Below, piece by piece: positions 1-10,380 of a stretch of DNA of 64,000 nt (position 1 is the stretch's first letter; every line of letters begins with the position of its first letter). A program made the translations under genes and the position numbers. Location: assembly GCA_002269645.1 (NCBI GenBank), contig NIVC01000138.1, positions 18,821-82,820 on the forward strand, written 5' to 3'. This DNA comes from Macrostomum lignano (Eukaryota). The notes beneath the pieces were generated by a model. It saw nothing but the letters and a program-made list of their open reading frames with translations. It had not been told where the DNA came from and did no database searches.

Positions 1-139
1 GGGGATTCAGCGCCAGGGCTAGCAGTTCCATCAGCTGGCAGCACATTGGCGTGTAGCCTAAGCGCTCGGCTATGAGCTCAATTAGAAAGTTGAGCATATC
101 GAATATGCCCTCCTGAATGTCGTGCATCCAAGTATTTAC
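1..139 (-). CDS. USP24: USP24-like deubiquitinase, coding exon 2 (runs off window)
   Basis: AG acceptor at 141-140, phase 0. Translates VNTWMHDIQEGIFDMLNFLIELIAERLGYTPMCCQLMELLALALNP, resembling the USP24 segment after the UBA domain (recalled homology). Confidence 0.85.
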
Positions 140-701
140 CTGAGAATGCAAGGATTAGAAGATAAATAAAATACTAGAATAACTAAATACGTAACTCGAA
201 AAAAACCTGCGCGCATCTACTTTTATTCAGTAGCAAAATTTGTCTTTTGCCTGAACAAAACAGTAAGCTACAATCGTCTCTGCCTATCTACCAACAGACT
301 CAAATCCAGTGTGCCTGTGTAGCGAGCAAGATAGAAAAAGGGTGGCGCAACAGCCTCCAGCAAGGTCGATAAGCAGTTTGGCCTTCCGCTTGCCCGCTTG
401 TGACATTGTGAGTGGGTCTATCTTGTGTATCATACGTGTCTAACACCCCGCCGACTCGGCTGGGTAGTCGCAATACCGCAGACCCAAAATGCAGAGGTAG
501 TACTAATTAGATGCCGAGGCATTTAGTCTTATTAGTATAGTTATAGTTACTCCTCCTGTTTACCCAAAAGTTAATTTTTGCTTTAGGGGTTCTCTCGTAG
601 GTAAAGGTGAAATTTCGAAGTTGAGCATGTATGTTGTGTATTATAATACCGGAGGCTTAACCTGCTTCTTCGCTGGCTGCGGATTCACTAGCGATTTGAC
701 T

Positions 702-2033
702 GAGATTTGAATATGTGCTTCAAGAGATATGGATAATTAAGTAGAGAAAGGTCGGTCCAAAGAGTACTGAGGTCGCCTAGTATAGAGTGCCAATAAGGAT
801 GAAAATCTGAAGCCGATTTTTAGAATCCACCCACCCCCTCCGGTCACCAAGCTTCTTAGTCTATGGCACAAGTTGTGGCTCGAATGGTGTACAAAGCCGA
901 TGCTCAGAAATATACATAGAGTGCATGAGAAAAATACAAGTAGCTAATGTAGCTGGACGAATACCGTGTATGCTTAAAACGTCCTCAAGACTTTATTTCT
1001 GTATCTATACTGTAGCCGTACGTACATTTATTGCATTGTGTAAGGAGAAAAGAAGTTGAGCAGGATTCTTGCAGCAGAGTTGGAAAGACAAAAACATAAG
1101 TGATAAACAGGCAGAGTGAAGGTCCTTGAAAGGCAGACGAAAGAAGGATACAGATGCACCAGAAACGCAGTTATTGCAATTAGCTACCGCGCACTTTAGT
1201 GGCATGGCTGTTGTTGTTCAGACGTAAGGGCTATATGGCATGGCTGTTACGGAGTTGTGTATCGACGGCGGCAACTGAGTCTGGTGACTGAGCGATGTTG
1301 TCTTGCTTATTTGATACATGCATTTTCTAAGTGTGAAATGTCTTATATTTCTGAGCATCGGCTTTGTACACCATTCGAGCCACAACTTGTGCCATAGACT
1401 AAAAAGCTTGGTGACCGGAGGGGGTGGGTGGATTCTAAAAATCGGCTTCAGATTTTCATCTTTATTGGCACTCTATACTAGGCGACCTCAATACTCTTTG
1501 GGTCGGTCATAGACTTACACAAGCTAAAATTTAAGCTAAAAATAGCATTCAGCTTGAATTTTTATCGATTTTTCTCGCATGCATAAACTGTCTATGGCCA
1601 AATTCGATGCAGTAAATGAGAGGGGCTGCCTCAGAAAACTAAGACTGCAGTTGCTGTGCTGAGTCCATAACAGTCGCGATCAATTGGAGAGCGAGGTTAG
1701 GAGGGTCCTGCTGCACCAGATTCCGAGAAATCTGTACGCAGACGCCATGGACAAGATGCAAGACCGATGGGAGAAGTGCGTCATGTCTGGTGTTGACTAC
1801 GTTTAGAAGACAACTCTGCCAACCGATGAGTGATTTTAACGTTGTTCGCTTGTATAACAATTTTGCTTGTTATCACCTGTTATCACCTGTTTTTTTACTG
1901 TACTTTTGTTGTGTTGTTTGGATTTTCTTGGAGTGATTAATAAAAGTTTTCTGCAGACACAGCTTGTGTAAGTCTATGACCGACCTTTCTCTTCTTAATT
2001 ATCCATATCTCTTGAAGCACATATTCAAATCTC
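702..2033. mobile_element. Outer inverted-repeat element, interrupted by the P-like insertion
   Basis: 702-757 joined to 1509-1525 gives 73 bp, the reverse complement of 1961-2033 with 1 mismatch. No TSD found. Confidence 0.7.
758..1500 (-). mobile_element. Non-autonomous P-superfamily DNA transposon with THAP remnant
   Basis: 157-bp TIRs (758-914 and 1344-1500, 3 mismatches) with CAAAG...CTTTG termini. 8-bp TSD GGTCGGTC at 750-757 and 1501-1508. Internal ORF 1005-1205 starts MPLKCAVANCNN...SFFRLP (N-terminal half of a THAP domain). Confidence 0.85.
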
Positions 2034-2112
2034 TTGCAATTGGTGTCATTTTAAAGCTTTCCCTACGTCCACACCGAGTAATAGTAACACTACTTTCCGG
2101 ATGCCCCTCGTA
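1630..2112 (+). mobile_element. mariner transposase C-terminal relic with a mariner-type end
   Basis: 1630-1806 reads LRKLRLQLLC*VHNSRDQLESEVRRVLLHQIPRNLYADAMDKMQDRWEKCVMSGVDYV*, matching the mariner C-terminal RWxKC...GDY pattern. 2092-2112 reverse-complements to TACGAGGGGCATCCGGAAAGT, a TACGAGGG-type end with TA. Confidence 0.7.
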
Positions 2113-2258
2113 TTTAGCATATGTTCATTTAGTATTTTGAGTCACTTGGTTTAAGTTTCACTTTAAAAATAGCATCTAGATTATCGACTTTTCAAGGACC
2201 CCCTACCAGCAAGATACACTACGTATCAAAACGAATCTCAAATCTGAGTCTCCCTTAC

Positions 2259-2777
2259 CTGAGAACTATTGAGCAGTTTTTGAAAACACTCTGGCAATGC
2301 GCGATTAATAAACCGAGTAGCATTCTCCTCGGCCTCAAGCAGCTGATCCCTAGCCAATCTGGTGCAGGCCTGCATGCACACGCAAAGCGATTCGTGCTGC
2401 TTGAACGGTATGCTCCATTTCTCTGTGAAAGTTCGGCCCTCCAGCTCTAATAGGGCGGCCAATGGGAACCCGGCGGCTGCTGCGGCCGGCTCGTCAATGT
2501 GCATCTCTTCGCCGACGCATGGCGACGCGCCGGGGTCTCCGCCATCCACAGCCGTTGTCGACGTTACCATGGGAACGACGGCCATAGATGGCGAGGATAG
2601 ATCGCATGGGAATCCAGTTGAATTTTTAACATTTTCAGCTGGCCGAGTGTCATTCACCAGCACTGAGATGGCCTCGGAGACGTCATTTTTAGCGATGCGC
2701 AGAGCCTCGCGAATGTCGCCCTCATCGGGGAAGCCCATGGACAGCAGGGTGCTGACCAGACTCTCGTTAACCTCCAT
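2259..2777 (-). CDS. USP24: USP24-like deubiquitinase, coding exon 1 (N-terminal UBA domain)
   Basis: ATG at 2777 (the track's 2792 start is a GTG). MEVNESLVSTLLSMGFPDEGDIREALRIAKNDVSEAISVL is UBA-like (MGF motif). FPLAALLELEGRTFTEKWSIPFKQHESL matches the USP24 N-terminus. CAG|gtaagg donor at 2258. Confidence 0.88.
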
Positions 2778-4000
2778 TTTGCTGCTGCACACAGGAGCCA
2801 GATAAACAATTTCTTCTTGTCTAATGCTGTGTTATTTGTTTGTCTGTCTGTCTAGATGTTTATTTCTGCTCTACATCTGCGCCACAGCAAGTGCGCAGTC
2901 TGAATTCAATAGATACAATTTTATAGATATTGACAAACAATGCTAAAAAAATACATACTACTAAATATAGTTGATAAGTAGTATCCAGCAAACAAAATAT
3001 ACTAAATTTTATTTTTTCCTAAAGAACCAATTCAAATATGCAAGTAAAGATGACCAAAAAACTAGATGTCCCATTAGGAAATAATTGTCCCTTAACTGTG
3101 TCAAATGGCACATAAAACCAGATAAAAAGAAATTAGTCAGTTAGTTACAAAAATGGGCACAACTGAGAGTTATGGTTTGGCATTTGTTTATTGTTTGTTT
3201 TGTTTGGTGCAGTAATATGTTGATTAGCATATTTATGTCATAAATATGCCAAATAGCATAGTTATTACAATGTAGTTGGTTGAATTATATACTTTTTTAA
3301 ACCAATTATTTTCCATTAGGACATAGAAAAATTTCTTAAGCAACAAAAAAAATATTACTCATGATATGATAATTCTTTATTATTTGAGTATTTTATACTA
3401 TAAAAGATTGGTATTTCAAAAAAAATTCAAATAATATTAATAGTATTTGACTTGGTCTAAGATTATTGAACAAAAATACAAACTATAAAAAGCAAAATTT
3501 CAAACATGCTATATTTATTTGATGATTTTTAAAGTAAAAATGGATATAAAAATAGCCTTGTTTTAAAATTAATTGATTAATAAAGAATAATTGATACTTA
3601 TATATAATCATTGCTAATAGAAATCATTGCCAATAACTAATAGCAAACAAAACAAAGCAAAAAATTTAAATGACTTAATTGACTTTTTGACTTAAAAACT
3701 TTTTAGACAAACAATTAAAAAGATATTTAGCATTGCCATATAGACAATTATATTAATTATAATAGGAAATTTGGTCTAATATACATTTTTGTTATATAAA
3801 TTTAATGCCAGCTTCTTTTTAACTTTTTATAGATAATTGATAGATAGGCCCATACATGCACAACCTTCAAAATTCAGTCAGCTATGCAACTTGTTTTAAC
3901 AAAAAATGTGATGTAGTTTTTGGCCAAAAATGTGACTTACATATAAAAGAAACCCTAAAGCAAAATTAATGCAACTTTGGGTAAACAGCAGGACTGACTA

Positions 4001-4738
4001 CAACGGGTTTTTCAAAAGTAATGAGAATTTTGTTATAACTTTTGATTGGATGAACGCATGAACCTGAAATTTTTGCCCAATCATTTTATACAAGCAACAA
4101 GTGACAAGTGGATGAGTAAGAATGACAAGTTTGTGCTGCTTTCACTGACTGTCTATTAGCTGACTGCAGACTTCAGGCAGAAGATGGTAACAATCTGTGC
4201 AGCACCAATCACTGGAGCTGCAACTGTGGCCAATGTTTCTAACACTGATGGAGGTCTTGCAAGAGTGGGGACTGATGCCCAAGCTAAGTGGCTGCACTAT
4301 TGATGATGGTTCCATAATGGTTGTGGCCTTCAGAGGACTTGATCTGCAATGAGTCTCGTGTGTCATCCATTGGTTGCAAAATTGCATTTGCAATCATTTG
4401 CCTGATGGTGCAAAGGATAGTGCCTAGCGGTTTGTCTCTTGGCTGGTGATTCTCTGCAAGAAGATTGTCAGCCACTTTTGCCACTCCAAAGATTCTAATA
4501 AAAATCAATTTAAATATAAGCAAATTTGTCAAATGCTTGTTTTAACATCTGCTATTGTGATATTTGATATTTGGTATTCATTATTTGGCTAGTTTGTATC
4601 CAAATATTCAGTATTCGGATTTGGTAAAATCTGATAATTGTTCCATCTTTAAAAATTGTTGGGTGAAAATTTCAGGTTCATGTGTTTATCCAATCAAAAG
4701 TTGTAACAAAATTCTCATTACTTTTGAAATACTCATCA
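4001..4738. mobile_element. Degraded Tc1/mariner-type TIR element flanked by TA
   Basis: About 80-bp inverted repeats (4001-4080 and 4659-4738, core TTTCAAAAGTAATGAGAATTTTGTT). TA at 3999-4000 and 4739-4740. Confidence 0.65.
4094..4490 (+). pseudogene. hAT (ZBED-like) transposase catalytic-domain relic
   Basis: ATSDKWMS...LSLTVY*LTADF, a frameshift, then EVLQEWGLMPKLSGCTIDDGSIM...SCVIHWLQ...LCKKIVSHFCHS. This parallels the hAT motifs TxDxWTS, eW...TDNxxNM, CxxH and F.hS. Contains stops and a frameshift. Confidence 0.75.
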
Positions 4739-5387
4739 TATGATTGTCTTATTAAGGCAAAATGCCTTATTATCTAGGGGCCTACTTAGTACTTGGATAT
4801 TTATTGGGGTGGGCATTTTTGTGACTTACCTTGGTTGGCCACCAAATTGGTCAGCCAGATTGGCCAACTGATGCACATGTATGGATAGGCCTATCATTTT
4901 ATATCAAATGGGCACTTTTGTAGATAGCAGTCTAATATAATTAAAAAGTTAATTAGAATATTAAGGCATAAACTCAAGATTTATAATAAAAAAGCAAAAA
5001 ATGTTAGCTATATAATGTTAGCCTAACAAAAAAAATTATATGTAAATGTATATCTAAAAATTTCTACCAAAATATACATTAATATTTTTAACTGCTTACT
5101 ATCTACATTTATTAATTATCTTACCTAAATTTGTTATTAAAACAATAGATAAAAAGAGAAAAAATTGAAAAAGATACTGCTTACTTCTAAAAAGGCTGCT
5201 TTTTATGCTTAATTTTTTATTGCTAGCTATTGTTACTATTAAATAGCCTACAATAATAGACAAACTGTCTATGGCAATCTTTGAGCAAATGATATACCTC
5301 TCTTCATTCACAGCGCCTCCCTTCATTCACAGCACCTCTCTTCATTCATAGAATGATTGAGTGAAGTGACAATTTCTTTAAAAATTG

Positions 5388-5838
5388 GGCAATGTCCTAC
5401 TTTCCCACATTAAATTATTTTGACCCAATTTTTGTTATTTTCAGTGTAAATCATGGCTAGACAACCTTGAGTGCCTATAAATATCCTACCTCCTGCCAAT
5501 TTGCGGCTATTGGCTGACCTCTATGACCTTGGAATCAGTCATTGAGAATACTATTGAAGGCACCTGGGCCCACATGAAGGCAAAGTTTTGTAGTCAGCAT
5601 GGCACCAATGATGACCTTTTTGACTCCCATCTTAGAAAGTTTCTCTGGCACTGACTCTAGGGGCCTACCCAAAAAGAGCTTCGGCAACTTTCTGTACTGG
5701 CTGACACATTACTACACCATATACTACTCTTTTTAATACCTAAGACTCATTTTAAATCTTGAATAAACTTGCTTTTGTTTGTTCATTTCAAATTTTATAT
5801 CAAAATAATAATTTAACATGGGAAACTAGGACATTGCC
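5388..5838 (+). mobile_element. Merlin (IS1595/ISXO2-like) internally deleted transposon
   Basis: TIRs GGCAATGTCCTA... at both ends (about 30 bp, imperfect). 8-bp TSD AAAAATTG at 5380-5387 and 5839-5846. Internal 5544-5654 reads ENTIEGTWAHMKAKFCSQHGTNDDLFDSHLRKFLWH (ISXO2 N-x-I-E-x-x-W motif). Confidence 0.85.
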
Positions 5839-6274
5839 AAAAATTGTTTTAAATAAATAAAGCTTGGAAGTTGTTGGAGTGATATTTAACAATTTATTTC
5901 TAGCGATAAAAGCGTATTTAAATACAAAAACTCTTTAAAATGATTGTGTTCCAAAATTATAGCACTTCTTTGTCAATATAGCTTTCAAGCAATCATGCCA
6001 TCATGGAACCATAAATCTTTTTTTATAAATGAGCACCTCATGCTCATATACTAGGCCTATTTCAGTTTCAGAAGACAATCATTTAAACAAAAATTGCCCC
6101 AAAAATTAAACACATTCTGAAACTAGGCCTATATATAGCACTATAGGCCTATTTCTCTGTCTCAAGAGGCCCCCACTTGCACAGATCTAGGTAAACTTGT
6201 CAACTTTTTATTTGTCAACTGTGTTGTATAGCGTATAACTGATAGGCCTATGGAGTATAACAAAGTGTATATAT

Positions 6275-7507
6275 CTTTTTCCATTCTATTTTGGCAAACA
6301 TGCAATCAAAGTCAAAATCTTTTCATTCAATTCAGACAGCTTATGGTAGTTCTTAGCTAGATGTGCATTCAATTCCGACAAATGTGCTTTCAAAAGCAAC
6401 AATTTTCAAACAAAGCAAACAAGCTACCACAAGAAACCGACACTTTGTAATCAATTCAAACAATTTACAATCAATTCCAACAGTTGGCTATGAATTGGCT
6501 TTTTCTGTCTTCCTATCTATGGCTCATACTGCAAAATTTCCAATCAATTCCAACAAATTTCAATCTATTTAGACAAGCCATTGGAGTACATACTACATTG
6601 CTACTTTGGGTTTTTCAGGAAAGCAAGCATGAAGGCCAGTCTTCAGTTCAGCTAGAGTAACATAAGGGTTAACTTGAATCAACTCTTCAAGAAAATCCAA
6701 CATCTCTTGATCCACTCCCTCATGCTAACATGCTTAGGACCTTCTTTTGGCATTTTAGCTGGCTTTCCACTTTTCACAATTGTATACATAGTTGTTTGCT
6801 TGATGCCCATTGCCCAAGCAAGATGCACAAAATCGTCTCTATTTGCGTGTGCATCAATGAGCCTCTGCCAATCGTTGTTACTCACTTTTGCATTTGGCAT
6901 TATGAGCATATTCTTGAGGTCTTCTATATAATACAATTTGATTCAAAAAGCTATAGTAGCTCCTATATGTATGCTTCATTCTGTCAAATGAAATGGTACC
7001 TATACTTAAATTTCAAATTTTTCTCTTCATGATATGTCTATGGCATTGAGTCATGGCCCCATCTAACCTTAATAGTTGGAAAAAACTTTTGTTTCTGTTC
7101 ATTGCAAAAGTACAGAAGTATATATGCAAGGCTAAATCTATCTATGGGTGTTCTGAATCTCCAAGTTTCTTTCCATGATGTGTCTATGGCATCTAGCCCT
7201 GGTCCCAACCAAAGTAAAAAGTAGCTTGTTTAAATAGATTGAAATTTGTTGGAATTGATTGGAAATTTCGCAGTATGAGCCATAGACAGGAGGACAGAAA
7301 AAGCCAATTCATAGCCAACTGTTGGAATTGATTGCAAAGTGTCAGTTTCTTGTGGTAGCTTGTTTGCTTTGTTTGAAAATTATTGCTTTTGAAAGCACAT
7401 TTGTCAGAATTAAATGCACGTCCAGCCAAGAACTACCATAAACTATCTGAATTGAATGAAAAGATTTTGACTTTGATTGCACATTTGCCAAAATAGAATG
7501 GAAAAAG
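6275..7507 (-). mobile_element. IS630/Tc1-like non-autonomous element with about 300-bp TIRs
   Basis: Inverted repeats 6275-6578 and 7224-7507. Internal frameshifted ORF from ATG 6900: MPNAKVSNNDWQRLIDAHANRDDFVHLAWAMGIKQTTMYTIV then VDQEMLDFLEELIQVNPYVTLAELK, the HTH region typical of IS630/Tc1 transposases. Confidence 0.72.
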
Positions 7508-9490
7508 GTGACAATAAAGGCAGCCATTGTAAATCCCACTTGCACAGCACAGAGTCCTCCGCTTCCACTGACTCTTTACATAGTGCAAAGATAATTGTTT
7601 AAAGAGAGAATTGAGAGGGGTTACAAAGCGAAATGTGTACCACGCTATCTCCCTCTCAATTTTAGAAGACAATATTTTAATGCTACTTTTAGATAAAAAT
7701 GATCGATAACCGAAATTGTGCTTACATCTGCGGAATACTAATTGTTTGCTAGAAGAGTAGAAAAACGATAAAAAGTTACTTTTTCTTCTATAGTTTTAGA
7801 ATATGATCATTCCGACTGTCGACTGTCTGTAGCTGTAGTGTAGTACGTGTAGGGGGCCTAGTAGATTCACTGCTTGTAGAATATATTATAATATAGAGTT
7901 TGTCATTATACGAATGAGATCTTCATTTGTACAATTTATTGACATGTTAACTTGACAATTTACATTAACTTTGTCACCTGGTTTGGCACACTTATTTACC
8001 CAAACAAACAACTATTCCACGAAGAAGTTCCTAGAATAGAAGTAGTACCGTTTAAGACAGTAGTAACAGTTAAAAAGTGATGAAAATGCTTTTAAAAACT
8101 GCTTGTAATTTGAAAACATTTTTATTCGAATACAACAAATGCTTTCAGGTAAAACAAATATTTAGCTATTTAATTATTTGTAAACAAACACTTAACAACA
8201 AGTTTTTTATTTAGGTATTTTCATCATTAGATATATAAAATTAAAAAAACCATTGTTTTCACCTCTACGTAAAATTACACCCACGTTTTAGAAAGACGTC
8301 ATAAATTCTTTTTTTGAGGCTCCTATAAGACAGAAAATTTGAACGCGCTATTGAATTGAATAGCTACACGAATGATTTAATCAGCCTTTATACTTGGCAT
8401 TCTTTACAACTTTGCTGGAGGACGTTGTGTTTTGTGTCGTATTTTGTGTCAGAGCATGCAGGTACACAATAAGGTAAAAATGAATATTAAAGCAGTCCGC
8501 TGCTTTGTGAGTAGTTTAGTTCTCGTTCTGTCAAAGTTTGTGGTTTAGGCCATAGACATAAAAGTGCAGGCTTCACAAAGGGTTGCTTAAATATTCATTT
8601 TCCGAACACAGTTTTTACATGTATTATTATAGCCTCACCTATTTTGATCAAACAGCAGTTTGATCTATCTAATCTAACCAAACAGAAGGAACTTCGTTTT
8701 CATCAAATGAAAAGTGCCTATGTGTTGAAATGCCCAGCCGCGGGGCTTGGCTCCCGCAGCCCCACTTTCCCCTACTCTTTCATTCTAATTATCCCGCAGC
8801 CTATAGCTTGCTGAGGAAAAAATATGGCGCGATAACAGTTAATACCCATACAGTAATATACCATTCAAACACGAAAAACAGTTCCCTTTCATTTCGAATA
8901 TGTTGAAACATGCATGGGTTAAAAATTAAGAATTAGGACTTCTAGACTAGAAAATCTAGAGAAGCTGAACTTCTAAAACTATACTGACTATTCCCTGGCG
9001 CCAAAACGAGAAAGTGAGAGCCAGCTAGGGCGCCAACGGAGGCACACAAAAATGAATGAATTGCTTTAGTAACTTTAGTCTCCAACAGAGCAGCAAATTA
9101 TGCTACTCAAAAGTAATAAAATGATTCTTGAATTGTATAATATACAGCTGTAATATATATATATCTACCTAATCATTGTACCGTGCAATCTCAATTTCAA
9201 ATAAACGTTTTATCACGCTCTCATTTCTATCGTTGAGAAAACTCTTTAAAATCTCAGCATTTCGAGTCAAGTATCTTAATAAATCCAGCGCCGCAAATTC
9301 AATGCTCTGGTTGAAGCTGCAGGTGCAGAGGATGCGGTTCGATTTTGTTTGCATTTAATCGTAAAACAAACAATACCAGCTACAAACGTATTCGCGTGTA
9401 TAAGGTATGAGATAAAAAGCTATGGGAATGCATTGAAATAATTTCTTAAAAAGAGTTATAACACAGCAGTTTCTTCACATACCGTAGATG

Positions 9491-9705
9491 GGCATCACAA
9501 ACCCGACAAATCACAACTCCGAAAAGCGCTTTCCATCATAAACCCGATATATCACAAACCCGAAAAATCACTAACCCGAAATATCATAACTCCGAAAGTT
9601 CTAGCAATGTCCAACACTATTTTGGTTTTCGGAGTTATGATCTTTCGGGTTTATGATGGGAAGTGCTTTCGGAGTTGTGATTTTTCGAGTTTATGATGGC
9701 GACCC
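9491..9705. mobile_element. Mutator/Foldback-like MITE
   Basis: 9-bp TSD CCGTAGATG at 9482-9490 and 9706-9714. Arms of inverted ATCA(C/T)AAACCCGA-like sub-repeats with GG...CC termini. Confidence 0.65.
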
Positions 9706-10380
9706 CCGTAGATGAAAGTGCAAGCAAGCTAGAAAAAAGGCGCATATGAGCATAGCAGGATCAAATCACAACATTTAAGGAGAATTCAGCGATCAATCAT
9801 ATACTGGTTGCCATGGTAATGTCAAACAGCACCAAACTCGAAGCATATGCTGAACGTCAAAAAGTTTGTTAAAAAAATTTCTATCATGTGCAATACTGTA
9901 AAGGTACTGTAGGAAAACTGAGTAATTAAAAAAGCAAAATCCTCTCCGATTAGCAATGAGCTCAAGCAAAGCCATGTTAGTTAGCATTAAATATGAAATA
10001 TTGCAAACATTATGACAATGGAAACGGTGCCGAAATAAATATATTCGTGTTTTATGAAGGTTGGGTGGCAACTAAGGAAACAAAAAAAACGAGCAAAAGT
10101 AATTTTATTTTCAAAGTCACAGAAAACTTCCCATCTCTTTAATGCGTTCATTCTCGGACAGAACTTGGCACAGTTAAATACTGAATAAATTTAATAATAT
10201 GCTGCTAGGAAAATCAGATTTAAAAAAGCTGGTAGCAGTTAAGGGGTGTCAAATTGAGCACCGGAATTCAACCCGAAGTAAGCCCCACACCCAGCAGACC
10301 GTGATCGGCTACTTTTTGAACTTTTAGTTGACTTGAGGTGTCTTTTAGTCTCCAGGTGTCATATAGCCCAAGTCCCTTTA

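Noticed and set aside
9169-10071. ORFs 9169-9354 and 9793-10071
   Set aside because: Short, AT-rich, with no recognisable motif or splice context. They may be TE debris but this is unsupported.
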